Positions 10,155-20,107 of a stretch of 64,000 nt of DNA are shown one piece after another (position 1 is the first letter of the stretch; every line of letters starts with the position of its first letter). A program made the translations under genes and the position numbers. The notes below the pieces were generated by a model. It worked only from the letters and a program-made list of their open reading frames with translations, was not told the DNA's origin and did not search any database. Location: positions 32,001 to 96,000 of the IMG/VR virus record IMGVR_UViG_3300034283_002790. One strand, 5' to 3'. This DNA is from a virus.

Positions 10155-12017
10155 TTATCTCAATTCTTGTAAGTCAAATGTACGTACTCCATCAACTGTG
10201 ATACGTCCGTAGAAACGGTTGTTAACCATTTTCTTAGCGTATCGTGTCATAATACCTTTGATAGGTGTAAAGTTAAATGGATTGTACATTGTAGGTGTCA
10301 ATTGTAGAGGTACATACGGTGCGTAGATGTAACCAGTGTCTAACAATGATGTTCCTTTGTGTCCAATCAAAACTTGGTTTGGTGGGAAGTAAGGATCACG
10401 GTAAACTTGGTAACGTCCTGCTAAAGTACCTACTCTTTCGATACCCATGTTATATTGATCTTGCTCAGGTGAAGCGTTAGATACGTGGAAGTACTCCAAA
10501 TCATCAAAAATTGCGGAAACCTCAGATGATACAACGATCCAGTTAGCACCACCACGAAGAGTTGACTTGTGGATTTGTGCGGACAACTGGTTGATTGCTG
10601 TGATCAAAGTTTGGTTCCAGTCTTTTTGAGTGTAAGAAGTTGTTTGAGAAATTCTTCTCCATCCGTTGTAATCCCAACGTAAGTTCCAAGCCGCACCTTT
10701 ACGAAGGTCACGTAGAATTTCACGATCGATTTCAGCAGCCACTTGTTCAGACAACAATGCTGTAAGTTCAGCCTCTGCGTCGATGTTGTGGAATGCCGCA
10801 ACGTCTTGTGCTAATTCAGGAGACCATTGTGCTCTTAGTTTTCTTTCAGACACAGAAACAGTTACTGATTCTAAGTCAAAAGATACTTCACCAATTTTGT
10901 CTTCGAATTCTAATTCTTCATAACGTCTCCAAACAGCGGTAAACGATGTTGCAGATGCTGCAGAATAGATAGTAGTACCTGTGTAACCATCCAAAGATGT
11001 TGAGTTACAATCAGCACAAACTGGACAAGATAAGTCAACTTCTAAATAGATACAACCTTCTGGGTCACAGATGTTGTCAAAAGAACCACCGTTTCCGGTA
11101 GCGGCCCATTTAGTTTGAGAAGTTGTAGAGTTAGGATTAACGATTCCTTTACCGTATTGTTGAGTAACAACTCTAAACAATAATGGAACTGGAGCCGCTT
11201 GTGTACCTAATACATTACAAGGTGTTGTAGATGCGGAAATAGTTGGTTGGTTTGCGAAGATTTTAAGATCTGAAAGGAAAGTCTCAGAATCAACTTCAGC
11301 ACCATCCGGTCCTACTAATTTACCCCATCCGATGTAAGAATTCCATCCACAAAGTTTCATGATGATTTTTCGGTAATTACCTTCAGAAGTAATTTGGAAA
11401 TCAACCAAGTTACCGTTAGACCATTGTAACATGGATGTGTTTTGTGTTACAGCAGACCAACGACCTTTAGAATAATCGAATAATCCTGGAGGATCTAATC
11501 CTGCCTCAGAACCTTCATAAAACAAATCATAAAGATTTTTTGAGTAAGTAGGATTGTATGTTCCGTTACCACTGTCATATCCTGCGTTAGGATCACCAGG
11601 GTAGTTACCAGGTGCACCTACAGGAGAATAATGGTCTCCAGAGTTTGACGGATATGCTCCTGTGTAAGTACCACCAGAATATCCTTGAATTTTAGGTACA
11701 AAGTAGAACAATTTACCAATTGGTAAGTTCATTGCTTGTACTGATACGATGTCATTTGCCAACAATTTAGAGAAAACTCGACGAATGATTGGGAAAACAA
11801 CAGTTTCGAACGCTCCGTTAGAACCTTCAGAAGTTGCTTCGTTAATCAAATGTGACGCTTGGTTTTCATATAATTGTGCCACGTTTTCTTTTAGATGACC
11901 TCTAAGACCATCAAGGAATCCTAATCGATCCCATTTGTTAATAGTATCTTCTTTGATAACTTTAAGGTGCTTAAGACCGATGTTACCAACAAGACCTGAT
12001 TCTAATAATGCTCCCAT
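10155..12017 (-). CDS. major capsid protein (T4 gp23-like) with a large internal insertion
   Basis: VSVQAMNLPIGKLFY, RKLRAQWSPELAQD, LSEQVAAEIDREI, YAPYVPL and GIMTRYA are gp23-family motifs. Confidence 0.95.
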   Translation of the reverse strand: MGALLESGLVGNIGLKHLKVIKEDTINKWDRLGFLDGLRGHLKENVAQLYENQASHLINEATSEGSNGAFETVVFPIIRRVFSKLLANDIVSVQAMNLPIGKLFYFVPKIQGYSGGTYTGAYPSNSGDHYSPVGAPGNYPGDPNAGYDSGNGTYNPTYSKNLYDLFYEGSEAGLDPPGLFDYSKGRWSAVTQNTSMLQWSNGNLVDFQITSEGNYRKIIMKLCGWNSYIGWGKLVGPDGAEVDSETFLSDLKIFANQPTISASTTPCNVLGTQAAPVPLLFRVVTQQYGKGIVNPNSTTSQTKWAATGNGGSFDNICDPEGCIYLEVDLSCPVCADCNSTSLDGYTGTTIYSAASATSFTAVWRRYEELEFEDKIGEVSFDLESVTVSVSERKLRAQWSPELAQDVAAFHNIDAEAELTALLSEQVAAEIDREILRDLRKGAAWNLRWDYNGWRRISQTTSYTQKDWNQTLITAINQLSAQIHKSTLRGGANWIVVSSEVSAIFDDLEYFHVSNASPEQDQYNMGIERVGTLAGRYQVYRDPYFPPNQVLIGHKGTSLLDTGYIYAPYVPLQLTPTMYNPFNFTPIKGIMTRYAKKMVNNRFYGRITVDGVRTFDLQELR

Positions 12018-12090
12018 TTTTAATTTTTTTTAGGCTTTATTTAGTTTTATGTATATAATAAATATACGAGTTTTTAAAAAAGTTTATTTT

Positions 12091-13581
12091 TTATAGTTTT
12101 TTCATCAAATCCTTCATTCGTAAGAACTGAGGATTCTCATAAGTTTTTGATTCGATCAAGTTTACTGAAGACCCATTAGATGGAGTTTTGTTTACAGTTC
12201 TCTCGATAGATTCGTTTATTTTTGATTTTGACTCATTGATAGTTGGTGTTGTGTCCAATTCTGATTTGATTGTACGATAAAGATTTTTAGATTCTTTCAA
12301 CGACTCCACTGAATCAAATCTTTTAAGGATATTGATTTTTTCTTGTTTTGTTGTTGAATGTTCTGTGAACAATCTTGTTGCGTAAGCCAAGTTTGAATTG
12401 AAAACTGCAACTTCGTTAAGTTTTTCTCTGAACACATTTAAGGCATTTCTGTATTCCTCATTTTTAGTTTTAAGAATTTCAAGTTCTTCAGTACTTTCTT
12501 TACGTAATCTACGTGGTGCCGCTTTTGGTTTAGGAAGACCTTCTCTACCCCAATATTTACCAGCCCCTAAAGTTCGTGAAGATTCTTTAGTTTCTCTTTT
12601 CTTCGGCTTTTCAGTATATCCTTCCATGTTAACCTCATCATCATAATCCATTTTCTTCGGAACTTTACCAGTATACTTGGTTGCATCTCCCTGTTTCATT
12701 TTTGTGTTGAAACCTTTGGAATTTGAGTCCTTTGAATATTTAAATTTATTTGGGTTACCCATTCCAGTACCTTTAGCCTTAAAGGATTTTGCCTCCATCA
12801 TTCTATCAGAAAGTTTAGTTTCGGCATCCAGTTCGAAATCCATTTCTAACATTTCATCAGATCCCATTCTGGACATTCTAGACATTTTAGATTCGTAATC
12901 TTTGTAGTGTCCACCTTTACCATACTTTCTTCCACCTACATCACCCATTTTGTGACCATCTCGTCTATGGAAGTCATGTTTGTTTCCACCGAACAATTCA
13001 TCTTCATTTTGTTCTCCGTAATTTTCATCACCAAAAGTAATTTCATACTCGGTTTCTGTACCCTTGTCTCCCATAAGTTCTTTTAGATAGTTTATTTCTT
13101 CAGTGTCGTCGTCTTCATCAGACTCACTGTATTCACCTTCTGGATAATCATCGATATCAGATTCATTCATAGTAATGATGTATTCAGTATCATTTTCGGT
13201 GTCTTTTAGATTTACAGATCTTCTACCATCAGGAGTTTCACTGCTAATTACTTCAACTGTGTCACCTGGTTGTAACTTTTTGAAAACATCAACCACAGCA
13301 CTCATGCTTTCTGGGTCATCTCCAAATGGACTTACATCCAAGACTTCATCATCGTCAAAGTCATCTTCATCATCCGGCATGTCCATAACTTCAAGTTCGT
13401 CTGCCGGTAAATCAATAATCTCCTCATCGTCTTCTTCGTCGTCAAGAGATTCTTTTACTAAAGATCTGATTTCATCCCTCATAGTAGAGGCAAGTATTCC
13501 TTTTGCATTTTCTTGTACAGACTCTTCCAAGTTTCGTAACTGGAAAAGAGCCTCTTCAACCGTTTGGTTTTTTTTATTCAT
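12091..13581 (-). CDS. prohead core/scaffold protein (gp22-like)
   Basis: Acidic, low-complexity, many [IL]-x-E sites, C-terminal LNEVAVFNSNLAYATRLF; lies between protease and MCP. Confidence 0.7.
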   Translation of the reverse strand: MNKKNQTVEEALFQLRNLEESVQENAKGILASTMRDEIRSLVKESLDDEEDDEEIIDLPADELEVMDMPDDEDDFDDDEVLDVSPFGDDPESMSAVVDVFKKLQPGDTVEVISSETPDGRRSVNLKDTENDTEYIITMNESDIDDYPEGEYSESDEDDDTEEINYLKELMGDKGTETEYEITFGDENYGEQNEDELFGGNKHDFHRRDGHKMGDVGGRKYGKGGHYKDYESKMSRMSRMGSDEMLEMDFELDAETKLSDRMMEAKSFKAKGTGMGNPNKFKYSKDSNSKGFNTKMKQGDATKYTGKVPKKMDYDDEVNMEGYTEKPKKRETKESSRTLGAGKYWGREGLPKPKAAPRRLRKESTEELEILKTKNEEYRNALNVFREKLNEVAVFNSNLAYATRLFTEHSTTKQEKINILKRFDSVESLKESKNLYRTIKSELDTTPTINESKSKINESIERTVNKTPSNGSSVNLIESKTYENPQFLRMKDLMKKL

Positions 13582-13699
13582 TTTTTAAATTTGATTTACA
13601 TATAAATATGTTGATTTTGTAAAAATTCATTTAAATTGTAAATAAATAAAAAAAAGGTGAGAATCTCTTCCCACCTTTTACCAAAAAAATTAATTTTGA

Positions 13700-13909
13700 T
13701 TATTCGATCACCTCATCGATTTTACTTTCAACAATTGAGGTGATTCTCCAATCCTGTGTATAGTTCTCGTAGATTTTAGTAATCTTAGCCTCAACATCAG
13801 TTGGTGAAAATGCTCTCACCAATTTTTCTTCTTTTAATTTCTTAACTCTTCCAGAATTTTCATCAACCATGTCAGTTGATATTTTACACACAAAATACTT
13901 TTCGTTCAT
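13700..13909 (-). CDS. small hypothetical protein of the head cluster
   Basis: 69-aa ORF between protease and scaffold. Confidence 0.7.
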   Translation of the reverse strand: MNEKYFVCKISTDMVDENSGRVKKLKEEKLVRAFSPTDVEAKITKIYENYTQDWRITSIVESKIDEVIE

Positions 13910-13950
13910 AACTTTATTTTTAAATTTACTTAAATATAAAAATAAAAAAA

Positions 13951-14688
13951 TTACTTATCAAGGTATGCGGATAATTTATCCATTAAATTTTTTGATTTAT
14001 CAATCTGAGATGGTTGTGAATTTGTCAATCGTTCTTGACCCATCTTTTTTTCTTCTTCCAAATTTTCCTCAAAATTAAATCTATCTTTTGGATCTAAAAA
14101 TAGATATGCTCCAGGTGTGGATGGAGATGAAACAAGATCAAAACAAATTAACTCGAAATCTTTTTGTACTTCATTTTGTTCACCAACTTTCTTCAAAGAA
14201 CCAACTCCTCGAGAAGAAATACCTAAAGTAACACCTTGACGAAGATAGTTTGCTGCTAAGTCCCCTTTTGTAGAAACAATTCCTCTTTCGTGAAATCCTG
14301 GACTTGTCAATAATCTTAACTTACCTAAAAGAACCGGACCTTCCCACCATACCTCAGTAATTAAATGTGATGCTCTATCCAAATCTATTAGTGAAGATTC
14401 TGGATGGTTTAATTCAGAAAGGGAAGTACCTTTCTCTATCATCTTTTTATAGTTATTTACTTCTCGTTTCAGGACTTCTTCAGGATAAACTCTTCCGTTT
14501 CGGTTGGGTGTATCATATTTTTGAAGTACGGCATAAAACTCGAATGGTTTTGAATAGTCCAAAAAGTTTTTGTTTTCTTTTAGAATTTCTAAGTTTCTAG
14601 ATTCTCTTGGGTTGATATATCCCGCATCATATTCAATAAGAATACCCTTACCAGTCTCTCTTGGTCCCAAAATTTTTAAATTATCCAT
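13951..14688 (-). CDS. prohead protease (T4 gp21-like)
   Basis: NRNGRVYP, ELNHP, GISSRGVGS and FDLVSSPS are gp21/peptidase S77-type motifs. Confidence 0.92.
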   Translation of the reverse strand: MDNLKILGPRETGKGILIEYDAGYINPRESRNLEILKENKNFLDYSKPFEFYAVLQKYDTPNRNGRVYPEEVLKREVNNYKKMIEKGTSLSELNHPESSLIDLDRASHLITEVWWEGPVLLGKLRLLTSPGFHERGIVSTKGDLAANYLRQGVTLGISSRGVGSLKKVGEQNEVQKDFELICFDLVSSPSTPGAYLFLDPKDRFNFEENLEEEKKMGQERLTNSQPSQIDKSKNLMDKLSAYLDK

Positions 14689-14710
14689 AGAATAGTTTTT
14701 TTAATAAATA

Positions 14711-15178
14711 CTATCCAGTTTGGAAATCTAAATTTTTTCTACTTTTGTTACCTGATTTTGTTAAAGAGAATTTGAAATATTCATTTTTGAAAAAAATGTC
14801 ATCGTAAATCGAATTGATTATATTTTTGATTGAATTTCTTAATTCTTTTGATTTAAATTCTATTTCTGATATTACAAAAAAATTCATTTCCAAATTCATA
14901 AATGATTTTTTATTTATGTTTAAACCACTTGTTCTTAGATCCATGTCGACAATATATTTTCTATCGAAAATTGAATCATCAATTGAATCATAAACTGAAT
15001 GTTTTATTGATCTTGACATGTTAGAAACAATTCTTGCCCAATTTTCCTCATCCTCTTTTGGCTCAACCCATGTTTGTAAATTTACGTATACAGATTTAAG
15101 TTCTTTAGAATCTACAGTTCCATATACGATTTTAGAGTCTTTAAAACCTTCCAGTTTTGAAGTTTTTCCTTTTTTCAT
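14711..15178 (-). CDS. hypothetical protein
   Basis: 155-aa ORF in the head cluster. Confidence 0.7.
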   Translation of the reverse strand: MKKGKTSKLEGFKDSKIVYGTVDSKELKSVYVNLQTWVEPKEDEENWARIVSNMSRSIKHSVYDSIDDSIFDRKYIVDMDLRTSGLNINKKSFMNLEMNFFVISEIEFKSKELRNSIKNIINSIYDDIFFKNEYFKFSLTKSGNKSRKNLDFQTG

Positions 15179-15251
15179 AAATAATTTTCATCATTGAATG
15201 TTTATTTTAACAAAAAATACACAATTTTTGTGTATATATCAATAAAACAAT

Positions 15252-15440
15252 ATGATAATTGTTAAAATCAAAAAAAAGGGAAATATTGAAAAGGCTTTGA
15301 AAGACCTTAAATCAAAGGTAATTAAAACAAGACAAAGTTCTGAACTTATGGAAAGAAAATATTTTCAGAAAAAATCAGTTAAGAAAAGAAATCAAATTAA
15401 TAAAGCAATTCACGTTCAAAAATTAAGACTTAAAGATTAA
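15252..15440 (+). CDS. rpsU: phage-encoded ribosomal protein bS21
   Basis: 62-aa basic protein with NIEKALKDLKSK...ERKYFQKKSVKKR, the bS21 pattern. Sits between portal and protease, as reported for bS21 phages of Bacteroidota. Confidence 0.85.
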   Translation: MIIVKIKKKGNIEKALKDLKSKVIKTRQSSELMERKYFQKKSVKKRNQINKAIHVQKLRLKD

Positions 15441-16146
15441 GTTTCAATTGATTTAATTTATAATAATCTAATTTATTATAACTAACACTTTTTACTTTCT
15501 CGATCGTTTCATTCAATTTAATTTTTGTAACGTCATCAGATTCGGTTTCTAATAAGGTGTCTAACTTCTCTAAAACATCTTCTTTAATAATTTCAAATCT
15601 AACTTTTAAATCTTTGTCGGATTTAGACAATATCTTATTTAATTCTTTTTGTTCTGACTCGTTGAGGGATGAGATATATGTTTTAACAGTTTTGTTTGCT
15701 ACGTCAACCATTTCATTTAAAGATGCTTTAATGATTGGTTTAGGTTTTTCAGTATTTTTCATTAAAGATTCTGCAATTTGATTTTTGCTAACAACTTTAT
15801 TAATCATGTCGGTAACATTCTTTGAAAACAAATTGTCTAAATCTGCATATCTATTTTTTGTGTTTTGGGAACCAACCCAAAGTTTGATTTCGTTAATATT
15901 TTCACTAGAAATTTTGTTCACTAAATTTTCATACAATGTAATAGACTGGTTGATCAATTCATTTGCCAATTCTTTTGACAAACCTTTGTTAGTTGAAAGT
16001 TCTTCATATAAATAATATAATTTAGAGAGGTTTTTGTTTTTTAATATAAGTTCATCAAAAACAAACATGTCTCTTTTTAATGTATCATTTTTATATGACT
16101 CAATTAAAAGATCTTCTATTTTAGTTTTAAGAATACCAAATTTCAT
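15430..16146 (-). CDS. hypothetical head-cluster protein
   Basis: 238 aa, helical, several L-x-E sites, TATTTAT upstream. Confidence 0.7.
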   Translation of the reverse strand: MKFGILKTKIEDLLIESYKNDTLKRDMFVFDELILKNKNLSKLYYLYEELSTNKGLSKELANELINQSITLYENLVNKISSENINEIKLWVGSQNTKNRYADLDNLFSKNVTDMINKVVSKNQIAESLMKNTEKPKPIIKASLNEMVDVANKTVKTYISSLNESEQKELNKILSKSDKDLKVRFEIIKEDVLEKLDTLLETESDDVTKIKLNETIEKVKSVSYNKLDYYKLNQLKLNL

Positions 16147-16167
16147 AATAATTTTTTATTATAAATA

Positions 16168-17988
16168 TTATCTATTTAATAATTTTGATAATTCTTCCTC
16201 AATTATACCTAATCCATTTCCTGCTTTAGATAAATCAACAAAAGAATCACCTAATACATCATCACTTTCCAAAAGTATTTTTAAGTTGTCTTTTTTCTCA
16301 CCCTCAGGTAATCCCCCTGGTCCTTCACCTGGTGGTGGCGGAGGAGGTGGTCCCCCACCTCCCAGTAATCCTGGAGGAGGTCCTGATGGTCCTCCCGGTC
16401 CACCCCCTTCTGGTGGTGTTTCTGTACTTCCTGTAACTTGTTTATACAACTTATCTACATTGTCGAATAAACCAGTATGAGTAATTACAGTAGGAGTATT
16501 TGCCAATTCGGCAGCAACCGCTCTTTCTAATCTTTGTTGTTGGATATCGAGTTTGATTTCTTCATCAGAAAAACCAAAAATATGTTTTTTCGCCCAAGTC
16601 GCTGAAGTAGGTGCCAAAGAGTTTGGAATTTCAGTTACAAGATCTTTATAAAGTAATACTTTTTCTTTCCAAACATCTACCATTAATAAGTCCGCTTGTT
16701 TCGACGGATTTGTTAGACCAAGGGTGAAATTTTGTAATTCATCTTCAAACCCCAATAAAAACAAATGGACGATTGCAATCTTATTCAATTCTGCAATCAT
16801 TGCTTTTTGTATTTTATTAATAGTTCTTGCAAATCTAATATCTTGTAAGGACAGATTTTTTCCATCACCTACAACTTCTTCGAAACCTAAATATGCTTTT
16901 GGTACCCTAAGAGCCGTAACCAGTTTTTTCTGAATATATTCAATATCTGCAATTTCAGAAAGGTTAGTACCACCAGGAAGAGTTGTTATCGGTTCTGGGG
17001 CTGCCATATCTCTAACTGGAACAAAATAATCTTGATCTACCGCCATTTGATTAAATCTTAAATCAACATTTCCTGTATTTTTATCTACAATTTGATCTCG
17101 TTTGAATTTATTTGCAACTCTTTGTACGTATGGTTCAATATCTTTGTCATCCATATTTCCAACAAAAACTTTAAATATCCTTCTTTCGGGTGCTCTTGAT
17201 GTACGATAAATTAACATTGCATCTTCTGATAACATTAATTGTTTCCAAATTCGTCTGGCTTTTTCTAACATCGAGGTTCCATAAGGTAATTTCCTATCAT
17301 CACCCAACAAACGAAAGTGGGCGATCTCGAAAGAATTGAACTCCATATTTTTTGCTTTCCAATTGAACTTCAAACCTTTTGATTTAGGGTCTACTTCAGC
17401 ATTTACTGATTTTGCTTCCATTCCTCTTTCCAATCGTTCAATTTCAATATTTGGTAATTGCATACATCCAACAATACCTCTTTCAGGATCCAATTTTAAA
17501 TAAACAAAATTATCTCCATACTTACAAGTGTTTCTTGTCCACATTTGTAAATTAGTATTGATGTCCAGTGCATTATCGAACAAGTCAGTTAGTATTTGTC
17601 TGATCCTTTTGGACTCGGAATAAATTTGTAGGATTCTACCGTCTTGGTCTGCTGTTGTGGATTCTTCCGCATATATATCTAATGCTGTTGATATTTCTGG
17701 GGTAAACTCCATAGATTCATAATCATAAAATGAGGCTAATCTTGTTGGTTCGTAATAAACCGCTTGAGTATAAAGATTATTTTCAATTTTAGTCCATTGA
17801 CCGGATAAATATAAAGATTGTTGTGCTTGAAGTTTTTCTCTTTCGTATTCTTGTTTATCTGTTGTCCTAAGAAGAGTTTTTTTATCAATATTGTATGTTG
17901 GTAAATCCTGATTCAACATAGAATTTGGTCCTAGAGTTTGGGACAATCTTTGCCATAGAGTCAGATTCTGATTATTATTATTTTCCAT
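16168..17988 (-). CDS. portal protein (T4 gp20-like)
   Basis: LMLSEDAMLIYRTSRAPERRIF, EDYF-like QDYFVPVR, EITTLPGG-like PITTLPGG and RFARTI motifs; Pro/Gly-rich C-terminal tail. Confidence 0.93.
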   Translation of the reverse strand: MENNNNQNLTLWQRLSQTLGPNSMLNQDLPTYNIDKKTLLRTTDKQEYEREKLQAQQSLYLSGQWTKIENNLYTQAVYYEPTRLASFYDYESMEFTPEISTALDIYAEESTTADQDGRILQIYSESKRIRQILTDLFDNALDINTNLQMWTRNTCKYGDNFVYLKLDPERGIVGCMQLPNIEIERLERGMEAKSVNAEVDPKSKGLKFNWKAKNMEFNSFEIAHFRLLGDDRKLPYGTSMLEKARRIWKQLMLSEDAMLIYRTSRAPERRIFKVFVGNMDDKDIEPYVQRVANKFKRDQIVDKNTGNVDLRFNQMAVDQDYFVPVRDMAAPEPITTLPGGTNLSEIADIEYIQKKLVTALRVPKAYLGFEEVVGDGKNLSLQDIRFARTINKIQKAMIAELNKIAIVHLFLLGFEDELQNFTLGLTNPSKQADLLMVDVWKEKVLLYKDLVTEIPNSLAPTSATWAKKHIFGFSDEEIKLDIQQQRLERAVAAELANTPTVITHTGLFDNVDKLYKQVTGSTETPPEGGGPGGPSGPPPGLLGGGGPPPPPPPGEGPGGLPEGEKKDNLKILLESDDVLGDSFVDLSKAGNGLGIIEEELSKLLNR

Positions 17989-18037
17989 GTATTAAAGTTA
18001 AGTTCTTAAATAAATATTTCAATAGTTTAAACATAAA

Positions 18038-18244
18038 TTATACTCTCGTGGGTGTTGGTGTGGGTGAGGGTATTGGAGTTGGAGTTGGTGTGGATGAGGG
18101 TGTCGGGGTGGGATAAACTCGATTTTCCCTTGTATCTTTTTTTAAATCGGGAGGAAATATTTTGGAAGGATATGGGGGCACACCTTCCACGATTAACTTG
18201 GAGTTAAGTAAAATGTTTGTTCTCCTTCTAAATGTTAATCCCAT
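18038..18244 (-). CDS. small protein with (PT)n C-terminal tail
   Basis: 68 aa ending PTPTPSSTPTPTPIPSPTPTPTRV, between TerL and portal. Confidence 0.55.
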   Translation of the reverse strand: MGLTFRRRTNILLNSKLIVEGVPPYPSKIFPPDLKKDTRENRVYPTPTPSSTPTPTPIPSPTPTPTRV

Positions 18245-18249
18245 ATCTA

Positions 18250-20022
18250 TTAATTTTTACCAAATAACCAACCATATTTTTCATAGTCTTGTCTGCTTGG
18301 TCCACTATTATTTCTGTTATATCTATCGTTACTGACGTTCATGTTAGGAATTGCCGGATCAAAATGCATTTGTTTAGAAACATTATCATTTGAACTTATT
18401 GTCCAAGACTCCAACATAACTTTTGTTTGTTCAGTAACTTTTTCTAATTTTGCAAACGACGATTCACCAACATAAAGTGCCATTGATATTCCCATTATCA
18501 AGTCGTCATGTTGACCTTTTTGATGATCTGGTCTTCCATTTACATATACAAAGGTGTTCATTTCATTGTAAAGTCGAACACTTCTAATTTTAAATTTGTG
18601 TCTGACAGATTCTTCAAATGCCGCAATAATTTGAACTCTTTTAGAATTAAAATTAATTCCTGGGATTTTTTCTCCGACTCTTGGATTATAAGACCAAGGA
18701 TTGAGAGTGTCAACCCCATCTATGTATAGATTTTTATACCCTAATTCTTGAAGTTTTCTTACTGTGGTGATTCCCATCCCCCCGGTAATATCAACTACGA
18801 TAAAAGTACTATACATAACGCCCCATTTATATGCTATTTCCGCCAATGTGTCCGGGGGTATTTTTCCAACGTATTCTAAAACTTGTTCTCTATCGTCAAA
18901 ATCAACTATCTGAATTGAGGAAAAATCTTCACTATCACCACGAGAAACATCAATACCCATTATATATCGATGTCCTTGTATTGGTTCTTTCCAAATCCAA
19001 AGAGAATTACCCATTAATTTAGTTGTGGGTTCTTGTAATGAATCGTTTTTTATTTGGTCTAATTGAAGTGCGTCGAAAACATTATCCCCAGAACCTAAAA
19101 ATTCACAATTTAATTCTTGGTTTATTTTTCTTTTATCATATTTAAGTTTTTTGACCATTTTTTCATACCATGTAGAACAAGGTTTGTATCCTTGACTGAA
19201 AAAATGTTGTAATTCTTCATAGTCTCTTTCATAAGCACTTACATGGGAAAATGAAATATTTTTTGACTCATCATAATCTTCTCTATTCAAAAGGTAATGA
19301 ACAATGTCATCTGTAGGTACAAGATAAAGGTCTTTTGTATATCTTGGATCCCTGTACCAGAACATTTCAGAAATCTTAAATTGATTCATTCCCTTTAATG
19401 CCTGATCATAGATTTCGTAATAAATTGGATCATATCCATTTGGAGTAGAAATAACAATTACTTTACCCCCTGTTGATAATGATGCCATACACGCAGCCCA
19501 GAAATCATTGTCGGCCTCGATAAAAGCGGCCTCATCGAAAACTAGAATAGTTGGTGTAAAACCACGTAAAGCGTCTTTTGAGGTTGCAACTGCCTTAACT
19601 TCAGATCCATTAACCAACTTATAATGTCTTTGTGAATTTTTTTCGGGTGCAAAACCAGCACCAACCCAACTTGGCCATTGGTCAATAAAGGCTCTGATTT
19701 TATTTGCCATTTCTTGTGAAGTGTCAAGTTTGTTTGCAATAATCAGAATTTTTTCTGGTTGTATTTTTTTTGCAAATACCAACCTTTTTGAAATCCAAGC
19801 CGCGGTTACGGTCGAAACACCTGCTTGCCTATATTTCAATGCAATATTTTCTTCATATTCCTCATAATCATTCAATAATGATACCTGATCTGGAAAAAGT
19901 TCTAATGGTACATAACGAGAAACCGTATTATCATAAGTTTGTAAATACGTTCTTAATGCGTAAGGTGTATTTTTCATACACTTCGCATATTCTAACATTA
20001 CTTGTTCTTTAGATAAACCCAT
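18250..20022 (-). CDS. terminase large subunit (gp17-like)
   Basis: LKYRQAGVST (Walker A), ILVFDEAAF (Walker B), ISTPNG, nuclease MGIDVSRG and HDDLIM. Confidence 0.95.
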   Translation of the reverse strand: MGLSKEQVMLEYAKCMKNTPYALRTYLQTYDNTVSRYVPLELFPDQVSLLNDYEEYEENIALKYRQAGVSTVTAAWISKRLVFAKKIQPEKILIIANKLDTSQEMANKIRAFIDQWPSWVGAGFAPEKNSQRHYKLVNGSEVKAVATSKDALRGFTPTILVFDEAAFIEADNDFWAACMASLSTGGKVIVISTPNGYDPIYYEIYDQALKGMNQFKISEMFWYRDPRYTKDLYLVPTDDIVHYLLNREDYDESKNISFSHVSAYERDYEELQHFFSQGYKPCSTWYEKMVKKLKYDKRKINQELNCEFLGSGDNVFDALQLDQIKNDSLQEPTTKLMGNSLWIWKEPIQGHRYIMGIDVSRGDSEDFSSIQIVDFDDREQVLEYVGKIPPDTLAEIAYKWGVMYSTFIVVDITGGMGITTVRKLQELGYKNLYIDGVDTLNPWSYNPRVGEKIPGINFNSKRVQIIAAFEESVRHKFKIRSVRLYNEMNTFVYVNGRPDHQKGQHDDLIMGISMALYVGESSFAKLEKVTEQTKVMLESWTISSNDNVSKQMHFDPAIPNMNVSNDRYNRNNSGPSRQDYEKYGWLFGKN

Positions 20023-20107
20023 TTTCTATAAATATAAAACCCCCTAATTATTTTTAAATAAAAGGGGGTCCTGTTTTTTTATTTATTAAATTTTTTAGAC
20101 AAATCTT

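Noticed and set aside
18250-20022. Intein or intron in TerL
   Set aside because: The ORF is continuous; the extra inter-domain segment lacks intein C/S...HN termini and LAGLIDADG motifs.
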